This document shows, in pieces, positions 25,780 to 37,234 of a stretch of 64,000 nt of DNA. This DNA is from Callorhinchus milii (lineage: Eukaryota): assembly GCF_018977255.1 (NCBI RefSeq), contig NW_024704742.1, forward strand, positions 47,246,001-47,310,000, read 5' to 3'. Both the position numbers and the translations under genes were made by a program. Every line of letters begins with the position of its first letter. Position 1 is the first letter of the stretch. The notes beneath the pieces were generated by a model. That model made no database searches and was not told the DNA's origin. It worked only from the letters and a program-made list of their open reading frames with translations.

Positions 25780-28249
25780 GTAAGGAGTTCAGAAATTCAT
25801 ATTTACTCACCTCTCTGCTGCGAAACAGCTCTTTTGTTTTACCTTCTCTGCAGATGCTGAAAATGAAGATCTCTTTTTAAAAACTTTTTAAATGTTCTCT
25901 CGTCTTCAATATGATTGATCACTCAGTTTTTATTTTAAATAATTTTTTGTATTGTGAAATGCAGTGTTTTTCTCCATGCAGCATGACATGAATACTATAC
26001 TATATTTACTAGTATTGAACTGTCCTAAGGGCCATGGCTGGCCTCTGATCAGATTTGTTTGAGTTGGCTTTTAATTGTTCACTGTGGCAAATGTTACAGA
26101 CCCTAATTTTATATCCAGTTTGGTTGTGAACCAAGATTAAACTAATGTTGATTTGTAATGTGTTTTCTTTCTGTGGTTTGGGTCTGGCTTTGAGGTTGAT
26201 TATCTAAAAGCAGATGAGGTTCATCTGACATTCCTTTTGAGGCTGGTTTACTTATTTCTGTGTTGATGGTGCTATAGAGCAACAATTTGGTGGGGTTCAG
26301 ACGTGTGTGTATGGCTGATTGAAATATTAGGCCAGGGTTGTTTCCAGTGAATATTTTTCATTTCATTCTTGACTGAGTGTTTACTTTTCTTTTTCTCCCT
26401 CTACCCTTTCCCTCTTCCTTTCAGGCAATCTAACTGATAAACTATCATCCTAGAAGTGGGGGGATAGTGGGGGAGAGAAATGTAAGAAGGATCCCTTTGG
26501 GACTGGCTCCATGGGACATGCCTTGCAATGGAATATTAAAATTGAGTTAGTGTCTCGATAGTCTGGTTCCTGAGCCTGGTGTGCATTACGTCAAGGCATT
26601 GCTGATGACAGACCAGTTGACCAGACTTGTCAACAAGACTTGAAGGAACAGACTGGTCACTGAGGGCAGGAATTCTTGCGCCCTCTGGGATTGCCCACAA
26701 AAATGCCCACAGTAACATCTATATGCTGTGTATCCTATGAAGCACTTTGAGACATTTCAATGATGTGATACGGTGCTATATCAAATGCAAGTATTATCAT
26801 AATAATTACTATTATGGGGGGAAAAGGGAAATTGGGCTGGTGGGGGTTGTTTAACAGGTTGCTATTAGTTTGCTTCCTATTGGGAGGGAGTTGGAGGTGG
26901 TTTGGAAAGCAAGCTGAGGCCTGCCCACACTTTAAAACTTGGCGAGGAAACAGGCTGTGATGTTTCAAAACAAAAAAAAGACAATCTTTTTGTCTTAAAC
27001 GTTTTTTAACCTTTACATCTCTTCAGTTACAGGTTATGATTTATATTCATTGACCCCCACCCTTGGTTATTGCAAGATGTTTTCAAATTCATCTTAAGGG
27101 AATCTTACTGAAGGCTGTATTGTAAACCACAGGTTTTGTTACCGTCAGCCTTTCATTTTATACATTATATATCTATTAGTGGGTAGATATCAGGGTGAGG
27201 GCTAGGATCTTCTGCTTGGGCACTCCCATCTCCCAGTATTTCTGAACCTGACACATGTTAAGAAAATTGTACTGTTTTTTTTGTCATGCATGTGAATCAG
27301 TATTTAAAGTTGATTTGCAAAATTAATAGGTATTGGCTGGAAACTTTCAAGAATATAACATTGTTGTCTAATTCCTAATAAAGTTGTTCCTGCAAATTTT
27401 CATGTATTATCTCTATCTGGCTATGCTAGAGCTTGCTTTCAACACTGATTTTTCTTTATTTGGAAAGCAGCAGAATGGCTAGCTTTGCTTTTTGGTGTGT
27501 GCTGTAAATTTGCTTTAAAAAGCCTTGCAAAAGTAGACAGTTATAAATTGCCAAGTATAGTTCAACATAGCAAAATGAGACTGTACACCCTGGATATAAT
27601 AATAATCATCCTTGCATTTGATACAGCACCTTATCACGTCTTTAAGACATCTTAAAGCGCTTCACAGAATATACTGTAAAGTGAATTGATTATATTTTGT
27701 GGGTGGAAAATGGCAGTAGATTCTTAATTGGAAGGCATTAGATGGACAATTAAACAGATTATCAAATATTCTAGACTGAATTGGATAGTCGTTTGGTGAA
27801 GAAAGGACGGTCGGAGAGACAAGTCATGGCAAATTCATGTGGGTATGTACAGCACTATGCAGGTGGGGGATATTGGATACAGTTTCTGGTCCTCGATAGC
27901 TTATGTATTCTAAATATTTTTTTAACACCAGTAATCATTTCATTTAATTGGTTGACGAGTGAAGCTGTATATATAAATGTAAATTAGGAATGTATGGTAA
28001 TTTCTTTCCCCTCTCTGAATTCACTGACTGATGCTGGAGCATGTCTCCGCAGGCACTGTCTACCCTTCTCCAATAACTTACCCAAGTGACCATTCTTCAT
28101 TTGTGATCCTTGATATTAAAGTGCGGGAAGCCATCCCGTCAAGTCCATTTCTGTCCTCCCCTAAGAGCTCCTCTCATACTTTGCAATGTATCCCCTTTCC
28201 CCCAAACTCAGGGGTGCTGAAAGTAACTGTAGAACCCCTACAGCTGCCT

Positions 28250-28625
28250 TAGCAACAACAACAATTTGCACTATATAGCGTCCTCCACGCCGTTCAGCAT
28301 CTCAGAGCGCTTAACAGTGGCAAAGCCTTGCACCGAGCCGAGGGGAGGGGAGAGTTGGCCGTAAGCACGGTCAAACAGAAAAGTTTTCAGGCGGGACTTG
28401 AAAGAGGGGAGAGAGGGGGCAAGGCGTAGGGATTGTGGGAGAGTGTTCCAGAGTTTTGTGGTGCAGTGGCTGAAAGCATGACCTCCGATGGTGGGGCGGA
28501 GGGTGTGAGGGATGAGCAGGAGGCTGGTGCCAGTTGAGCGGAGGTGGTGGATGGGGGAGTGAAGAGGTCGGAGAAGTAGGGAGGTGCCACAAGTGAATGG
28601 AATTGAACACGAGTAAGGATCGATC
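28250..28625 (-). mobile_element. L2 3' end fragment
   Basis: [29 protein letters not shown] on the minus strand; (CAA)n tail. Confidence 0.9.
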
Positions 28626-29822
28626 ACTTGGGAGAGACAAGAGGTCAAACCACCTTTTTGAATTTATTAACTTTTTTATTGTACTTATTACAGTTCTGGA
28701 CCATGAATGTGTCTTTTTGTCCTTCAGCCCATCCCTCAATGTAATATTGATGCCTTCTGTTAAAGTCAATGTGCTCTTTAAGATGGTGAGCAGTAGCGGG
28801 GAAGGTGATAAATGTTTCAGGTTGTCACTGAAAAATGTTCAGTGTGCTTGGTGAAGTGAAGGAGAAGGAATTCTTGTATTGATGTGCTACTCGTGTTATG
28901 ACTTTGGCTCAAGTGCTAACAAAAATGTACTGTTTGGGATGGCTATTTGTGAGGCTGAGGAAGTGTACGCAAGACTAAGTTTAACATTTATATAGAAAAG
29001 CTGGCTTAGCTGGACTCCTCCCAAACCAGATGTAAGGGATCAAATTTTAGGTCTCGGAAAATTCCAGATGCTTCGGCATGTAATGGTACATAAAATTACA
29101 AGTAACCTATTTGATATACATTTCAGCTACTGTGTACATGTGGATGATTTGAACCATATGTTGCTCCACCCTAGAGAAGAGATTTTACCTGAATAGTCTT
29201 GTTTTGAAAATGGCTCAGAGCATGAGTGAGTGGAAGGTCTATTGGAAAAGAAAAGGGAGTGTGTGGGTTGGACAGATTTAGTTCAAACTGAGTGGCTATA
29301 CGCTCCTATAAAAACATTGACTTCCTCGAATTCTAATTACATTTAAGCTTAAATCATGCCAACATTATTTATTCTACAGTTTAAAGCTCAATGGTTTATT
29401 TGACCAATATGCTCAATTGCCTACTATATGTATTGGTGCTACACTTGAGCAATGTTAGTTTTATGCTTGAGTATTCTAGGGTGATAGTGGTGATATAGTT
29501 GCTGGATGTCGGGTAATACAGTATTGTATGCCGGTTTCAATGCTCTACCTTATAATAATGAGCCTTGCATTTGATACGTCACTGATGTAAGATAACTAGA
29601 GTTGAGGACATCTGAAAACTGATGACTACCATACTTCAAGAGGAAGTTTCAAAACATTTCCTAATAACCACAGTGTTCTTTGTGTCAGGCAGTGCCTTCT
29701 GTTTCCAATGCTATTTTGTTTTGAAGCAACATTTGCATCCAGTCCTGCTTGTGGCAGTGACTGATGTCCTAATCCAAGATAATTTTTTTTAAATCAACAT
29801 TTTGCAAGGAAGTGTTTTGCAG

Positions 29823-30015
29823 AAAATTTTACATAGTTACATCGCAGAAATAAACCATTAAAGCCCATCAAATCTCCTTTGGTGGGCGTTTTTCCTCTAC
29901 ATGAGCCATCTTGTCTGTCCCCAGTCTCTTGCTCGCTTCCCATACCCTTCAATATATTTTTGAGCAAAAATTCCCTTTTAAAAATAATACATGATTTTGC
30001 CTCAATAATGAAAGG
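29823..30015 (-). mobile_element. Old CR1 3' end remnant
   Basis: acatagttac..ccattaaagcccatc..cccatacccttc resembles a CR1 tail on the minus strand. Confidence 0.5.
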
Positions 30016-30685
30016 ACATTCAGAAGCAATTTGTAATCTTGACATTTCATCCATATTCTTTCTCATTCAGTTGAAACAATAATGAGGGATTACAGTTTAA
30101 AAACAAAAGTGTTACTTATAAAACCAAGCAGAACTACAACTGAATCGTGAAGCTGCTTTACCACAGATTCCAATCATTGAATTATTTCCGTGCCTAATTC
30201 AAAGTAAGGGTTGTTTTTTGAAGAAGTAATGGGTTTTGTTTTCACTGGACTCTTCCTTGCTGCTTGTTCGGTTTCTGGTGATCAGTAAACCCAAAGAAAA
30301 ACATTGAGTTTAGTGTTGTGAGTGAGCCCTGCACACAGATATTTGCGGAGGGGGGGAAGGAGGGAGCAATTCACAAGCAGACACTTAGGACTAAGCACAG
30401 AAGAATTGCCTTTTTTGGATTCATTTTCCCTGTTTGCTCTGTACTTGCCTATACAAACGAGGTAGGGGGAGAAAAAAGTGCAAATATGGCCAAGTGGTCC
30501 GTCTGCACTAGAATCTACTATCTTTATCTTGGATTCTTCAGTAGGTGGAAAGGGGAAGGTTTTAGATGGGGGGAAGGGTTTACAAGTGCATAGTTTTGAG
30601 ATGCATTTCACAACTTTTACTCAATGTAAATTCCTGAATGTTTGAGTAATGGACTGAGCCTGCTAATAATACTACTACTGTACCC

Positions 30686-31120
30686 ATAATAATCCTTGTA
30701 TTTGGAATAGCGCATTTCACATTGGAGGACATCTGAAAGCACATGACAGAATATACTGTAAAATGTAGTGACTTGAGTGTTTTGTGGGTGAACACGGCAG
30801 CCTATTTGTATGCAGCAATTTCCTACGAAGTCATGGAATGAATGATAAGTTTTATTTTGGAGGGGAATTGTTGGCCAGGGCACCGGGAGAAACTCCCTTC
30901 TCTTTTAAAATAGTGCCTTGGGATGTTTAACAATCATCAGCAGACAGTACCTTGGATTAAATGTCTCATCCAAAGGATAACAACTCTGACAATCCAACAT
31001 ACTCCCAGCACTATTTTGGAATATCATCTTTGACGACATGAATTCCAAGACTCAATATGGAGCTTGAACCAACAACCTTCTGACTCCAGAGACAAGAATG
31101 CTACCAACTGCGCCAGACTG
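30686..31120 (-). mobile_element. Deu-type tRNA-SINE
   Basis: Tail at 30686, ttggccagggcaccgggagaaactccc body, head cttgaacc..accttctgactc..gctaccaactg. Confidence 0.75.
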
Positions 31121-31145
31121 TTAACCTCATGGTAGCAACATAAAT

Positions 31146-31621
31146 ACAACAACAAGATTCCATTTATAGAGCGCCTTTCATGTCAGGAGGACGTCCCAAG
31201 GCGCTGGACAGTTGGGTCAGGACCCAAGCAGGGGGGAAATGGTCAGGGTGAGGGAAGGGAGGGAGCGAGGAGGGGGTAGAGAGTCGAGAGGGGAGCTGAA
31301 GGCACGGTCAAAGAGAAAGGTCTTGAGACCGGCCTTGAAGGAGGAAAGGGAGGAAGCAAGGTGAAGGCACTGGGGGATGGAGTTCCAGAGCCTCAGGGCT
31401 GAAGGCCCGGCCACCGATGGCAGGGCAGTTTGGGCGGGGGATGTGGAGCAGACCGGAGCCAGAGGAATGGAGGGTACGGGCAGGTAGGTAGGGGGATAGT
31501 AGGTCGGAGAGGTAGGAGGAAGCAAGGCCGTGAATAGCCTTGTAGGTGAGGATAAGGATCTTGAATTCAAGGTGAGGATGAGGATCTTGAATTCGAGGTG
31601 AGGATGAGGATCTTGAATTCA
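31146..31621 (-). mobile_element. Recent 5'-truncated copy of the intact L2 family, with a triplicated 26-mer at its 5' junction
   Basis: Near-identical to the reverse complement of ~40155-40640 ([42 protein letters not shown]). Confidence 0.95.
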
Positions 31622-32298
31622 ATTAGCTGGTTTAGGTATTATAGGGAGCTATTTGTGATTGTTGTATGGTTCAAAAACAGTCAAAGTATTGGATCTATAG
31701 TGAAATGTTGAGTGCAAAATTGGAAATGCAGATCTCAAAAGAACGAGTGAAGCAATAAAAAATGTAAGAAATGAGACCCTTGGTTCGATTCACTTCCCTG
31801 TGCCTTTGTGGTCTCTGCCTTTGGGTATTATGCTTGTATGTGCTTTGCCCATGTATAGACACTCTGAGTTCTACCGTCCCTGTGTGTAGAGTTGGGGTTC
31901 TATGCTCTTCTCAAAGCCTGTATCTGTGACAGGTCTAATTCTGGCCTGTGCTGTGCCCCAATCTGTAGTGTTTAGTGTTACTGCAGACTGTAAGTAAGGT
32001 TTGTTTCACACTTGAGTTTGAGGGATAGTTAATCCAAAGCTGTCCATTTCACTAGATATTGTGCTAAATCCCAAGGTCCTTGCTCTACTGCAACACAACC
32101 TGGGAAAAGCCAGCAGGTGCAGTGGTGTGACAGAGAGAAATGCAGTAAAGCAGATTCCTTCATGATGTGACAATAAGTTTAAGTATTTTCTAATCTTCAA
32201 AGCCTATTGCCTGCCTAAGAATTTGCCTCAAAATATTCAAATTGCATTCTTACAGGATCTAAATTGAATTACAGGCCTGCGCTGTGATGGGGCAGTAG

Positions 32299-32655
32299 AT
32301 AATAATAATAATAATCCTTGAATTTGTTCACCTTATCACAATTTTGAGTCTCAAAGAGCTTCACAGTATATACTGTAAAGTGAATTGACTGTATATTTTG
32401 TGGGCGAAACACGGCAGCCAATTGTGCACAGCAGTGTCCCACAAACAGTCGTGGATTGAGCGACCAATTTTTGTTTTTAAGAAATTATTATCCCGGAAAA
32501 GTGATCCGCCAATCAACGAACACCTGGGTCCCTACTTACTTCCAGGTAAACAGAGGCGTGCGGAGTAAAGAAACTTGCCCAACATTTTGCCCTGCTGGGA
32601 ATCAAACCCATGTCTCTCACTTGTGAGGAGAGTGCTCTAACCATTGAACTACTGC
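32299..32655 (-). mobile_element. Near full-length tRNA-SINE (long subfamily)
   Basis: (AAT)n tail, shared body, gtaaacagaggcgtgcggagtaaagaaacttgccc, head gagtgctctaaccattgaacta. Confidence 0.9.
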
Positions 32656-33029
32656 ACTCCACAGATCTCAATACAATAGATTCAGTATTGCGGTATTGAA
32701 CCAAACCAATCAGGAAGAATTACACCCTTCCTCTCCTTCCTCGTTCATCCAGAGATTACATTCCTTTTTGCTTTGCTGATACTACTTTTATGCTTCAACT
32801 GCTCCATGATACCATAATTGTTGTGGTAACATAGGGGTAAAATTGTAACATTTCATAATAGTTTCAATGTGAGCTCATCAAATCTGAACTGAAATGTTAC
32901 AAAATACATTCATTGTAACTGAAATAAGTATAAGCCATCAGCCCATTGAGCATTTTCCACAATTTTCTTTGATAAAAGCCAAACTTGTAAAACCATATTA
33001 CTCCTTTTCCTCCATATTTCTTAATACTC

Positions 33030-33213
33030 AGTGGCTAGCTCAGCGGTTAGAGCACTTGCCTCGCAAGCGAGAGATCTGGGTTTGATTCCCAGCAAAACAA
33101 AATGTTGGGCAAGTTTCGTTACTCCATACACCTCTGTTTACCCGGCATTAAGTAGGAATCCGGTTGTTAGTCGATCGGCGGATCACTTTTCCTGGGATCA
33201 TAATTCCTTAAAA
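33030..33213 (+). mobile_element. tRNA-SINE 5' half
   Basis: tagctcagcggttagagcac..ggtttgattcc..ttgggcaagtttcgttactcc. Confidence 0.85.
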
Positions 33214-35774
33214 ATATCTAATCCCTCCTGCTGTAGCTCTCTTCCCGTTGCTCTCTATGCTGCTCAGGCAGGAAGAGAGCTGGAGTGATTCAGTTGTGAA
33301 AACTGACATGTGACGTACCCAGAAAAGGCAGGACTTTTGACAGTTGCTTACAAAGGTCGGCGAGCTGATGAGCAATGAGAAGAGAGCAGGACTGTTCCAG
33401 GAGTTACGAGGCAGCGCGGAGAGCGACTAGTGGGCCTGGGTGCTAATTGGGTGGACCCAGCAGCCAGTGTATATATTACCAGGCTCTTGGACTGTAAGGG
33501 CAGTATAGCCAAGGACAGTCCTGTATTTTATTATGCCCCACTTATACCTCAGCTGAGATTGACTATCTGCAGACCCAGCAGGGATGGTTAAGCACCTAAA
33601 ATTGCACTGGAGGAAGTTCTCTACACTAGTTTTAAATAACCTTTATTCTGAGCACTGCAACTACTGGCTCTTGCAATGCACAACGACTGATGTCAGCAGC
33701 AGGACAAAATGTTTGAGAATTTAAAACCACTTTGAAACTATAAAGGGAGTGCTGCAATGAAACCAACGTAACTGATAGATTACTGACTAAGGCTTGATCT
33801 GAAAATTGCATCTCCCTAAGTATTGTATTTATAATTCCCCAAATTATTAGTTGGGTGACTATCACTAAGAGTTACCACACTAACTCAGTGCGGTGTTTAC
33901 ACCTGTGTTTATTGTTGCCTGTTGATAGAAATCGGAATGCATCTAACAGACATCGAGTGGAAGAAATCTGACCTTCACAATATTTTATAACTGTTGAATT
34001 GTTCCAATGTAACTACAGTGTTCTGTCCAGCTCACTGGTGTGTCCAAACAGCTCCTCTGTGGCACCTACTAAATATGTTCTCTCTCAAACTCCAGACCAC
34101 AGGAATATGCTTCTTCTCAAAAACTGCTGCGTAAACGTCAGGTACTTTACAGTTGGAACTTATAAATCGTAGCTAATGATGCATTTTAGCCATTTAAATT
34201 TTTAAATCATGTAATCTTTTAACATTCTTTCACTTTTTACAGGCTTCAGATCAATCATTTGAACTCGCTGTAAAGAAAATGTTAACTATTTTCTGTGATT
34301 CCATTAATACATATTTTTGAAATTGAGGTGAGTGGCTAGAAAATGCTCAGATTTTTGCACACAAGAGATCTGAAGAAACAAATTGATTTAATAATAGCAA
34401 CTCAGTTACCAAAAGGAAAGGTTGGGTGCAACTCAGTATCTCAGTATTTGGGAGTTGAAATCTATGACATTTTCTTGCAGATTCAAAGTGCTAATTATCC
34501 TTGAATCCATTAAGAAATAGACCATCTCTCACCTCTTGGTATTAGCAAAAGCCTCCATTAGCTTTGAAGATTGTTTTATTTATTAGTTTAATAATATTGT
34601 CATTCAATCTATGATTGTGGGACACTGCTATGCACAATTGGCTGCTACGTTTCACCCACAAAATATACAGTCAATTCACTTTACAGTATATACTGTGAAG
34701 CGCTTTGGGACGTCTCAACAACGTGATAAGGCACTATATCAAATACAAGTATCATTATTATATCACATTCAATATATCAAACTCAGTATATTCCCATCCT
34801 TCTGGAGTTTCTTTCCAAACCTTTTGCTTTACCATGAACACTCTGAAGGTCCAGTGAATTGATTAGCAACTCCCATTTTAAATCAGCATCCCCATAAACA
34901 GCACCAGTGGAAAGATCCTGCTGATCACATCCATAGCGCTCTTCAACCACCTACCCAATTGGCTGCCGCGTTTCACCTACAAGATACAGTCAATCCACTT
35001 TACAGTATAGTCTGTGAAGCGCTTCGAGACGTCTCAATGACGTGATAAGACGCTGTATCAAATCAAGGATTATTATTATTATTACCTTATCTGTTGCATC
35101 AGTGTGGCTTTTTCATAAGCCTCGTTAAGAATTCCAGTTGCTGTCAAAACTGCTCGTTTGTGCTGTGTAACTGGTATTTTTGTGGTACAGCCTCATTGAA
35201 TCATTTGCCCACAATAGTCACTATGCTTTACCATAAATCCTTTGAGAGACTTCAAAATGTTTCAATGATGTGATAAAGCACTATATCAAATGCAAGGATT
35301 ATTCTATCTAGTTTTTGTCCAGAGCAGATTTTCCAAGGTTATATTCAAATCTCCAATGAAGTGACTGTGACCTCATCTCAATCCTGTTTTCATGTATTTT
35401 ATTTTCACTCCTGTTAAGGAAAATTTATTTATTAGATTTTGAGCTTGTCCAACGGTAAGTCACTGCCAAGAGAGAAATTGTGCACCCAGATGTTCCCATC
35501 TATAATGTGGCATTATATATGCTACAATTGGTCTTTGACTTCTGCACTCCTAGACTAAGTAGAGAATAAAACCATTTTATTTCCAGATTGATATCCCATC
35601 ACCCCTGCTGAAAGTTGTGTAAAATGGCCAGAATCTCTGGAATTGGATCCTGGTATGTGTCGGTATTGTCAGAACATTGGGGGAAGGATCACGCTTAATG
35701 TCTCGAACACTGTCTGCTTTTTTTGCAATTAATACCACACTAGAGAACAAGTCGATTATCCTTTTGAAATTTGC

Positions 35775-35844
35775 TACATGTATGAGGATGATACTCAAAT
35801 CTATCTCTCTGCCTCCACCCTCGACTCCAGTTCCACTGCTGTCC
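35775..35844 (+). mobile_element. Left half of an older L2 interrupted by the intact L2
   Basis: Translates as MYEDDTQIYLSASTLDSSSTAV (RT YADD region); continues at 40644. Confidence 0.85.
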
Positions 35845-36988
35845 CAGTCGGGGAGCGGCAGCAGGACAGCGCGGGGAGGAGCCTGGGCCTACTGACCCAG
35901 GTACTTAAACTCGACGCCGGAGCGAGTGCAGCCAGTCGGGGAGCGGCAGCAGGACAGCGCGGGGAGGAGCCTGGGCCTACTGACCCAGGTACTTAAACTC
36001 GACGCCGGAGCGAGTGCAGCCAGTCGGGGAGCGGCAGCAGGACAGCGCGGGGAGGAGCCTGGGCCTACTGACCCAGGTACTTAAACTCGACGCCGGAGCG
36101 AGTGCAGCCAGTCGGGGAGCGGCAGCAGGACAGCGCGGGGAGGAGCCTGGGCCTACTGACCCAGGTACTTAAACTCGACGCCGGAGCGAGTGCAGCCAGT
36201 CGGGGAGCGGCAGCAGGACAGCGCGGGGAGGAGCCTGGGCCTACTGACCCAGGTACTTAAACTCGACGCCGGAGCGAGTGCAGCCAGTCGGGGAGCGGCA
36301 GCAGGACAGCGCGGGGAGGAGCCTGGGCCTACTGACCCAGGTACTTAAACTCGACGCCGGAGCGAGTGCAGCCAGTCGGGGAGCGGCAGCAGGACAGCGC
36401 GGGGAGGAGCCTGGGCCTACTGACCCAGGTACTTAAACTCGACGCCGGAGCGAGTGCAGCCAGTCGGGGAGCGGCAGCAGGACAGCGCGGGGAGGAGCCT
36501 GGGCCTACTGACCCAGGTACTTAAACTCGACGCCGGAGCGAGTGCAGCCAGTCGGGGAGCGGCAGCAGGACAGCGCGGGGAGGAGCCTGGGCCTACTGAC
36601 CCAGGTACTTAAACTCGACGCCGGAGCGAGTGCAGCCAGTCGGGGAGCGGCAGCAGGACAGCGCGGGGAGGAGCCTGGGCCTACTGACCCAGGTACTTAA
36701 ACTCGACGCCGGAGCGAGTGCAGCCAGTCGGGGAGCGGCAGCAGGACAGCGCGGGGAGGAGCCTGGGCCTACTGACCCAGGTACTTAAACTCGACGCCGG
36801 AGCGAGTGCAGCCAGTCGGGGAGCGGCAGCAGGACAGCGCGGGGAGGAGCCTGGGCCTACTGACCCAGGTACTTAAACTCGACGCCGGAGCGAGTGCAGC
36901 CAGTCGGGGAGCGGCAGCAGGACAGCGCGGGGAGGAGCCTGGGCCTACTGACCCAGGTACTTAAACTCGACGCCGGAGCGAGTGCAGC
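35845..36988 (+). repeat. 13 identical 88-bp GC/CpG-rich tandem monomers (LINE 5' UTR)
   Basis: Unit cagtcggggagcggcagcaggacagcgcggggaggagcctgggcctactgacccaggtacttaaactcgacgccggagcgagtgcagc; period 88; 8 CpG per unit. Confidence 0.97.
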
Positions 36989-36990
36989 TA

Positions 36991-37040
36991 GGGGCAGTGG
37001 AGGGAGGTGTGGGGGCGGAGCGGGGGAACTGCGACGTCAT
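36991..37040 (+). promoter_or_regulatory. Promoter-like block in the LINE 5' UTR: G4-capable tract, GC box, CRE-like site
   Basis: GGGG-7-GGG-6-GGGGG-6-GGGGG (36991-37026), GGGGCGGAG, GACGTCA (37033-37039). Confidence 0.45.
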
Positions 37041-37071
37041 AGATTAGTTTTCAGGTGAGTGCGCGCGCACA

Positions 37072-37108
<37 letters not shown>

Positions 37109-37234
37109 CTCTGCGCCCCCCCCCCCCCCAGGGCTCACATCAGAGCCCACTATGGTCCTGTTGGGTTCGATGCCCCAATCTGCGGGATAATGCCATCCAC
37201 CTGACCGCTCGCTCCCGGTCCCCGCGTGCGCACT

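Noticed and set aside
35845..35932. Hammerhead or HDV ribozyme in the 88-bp monomer
   Set aside because: No CUGANGA/GAAA core on either strand, and I could not build an HDV double pseudoknot by eye; left as an experimental test.
35845..36988. CRISPR array or coding repeat
   Set aside because: Units are contiguous and identical with no unique spacers; 88 is not a multiple of 3 and each unit has a TAA; the context is vertebrate.
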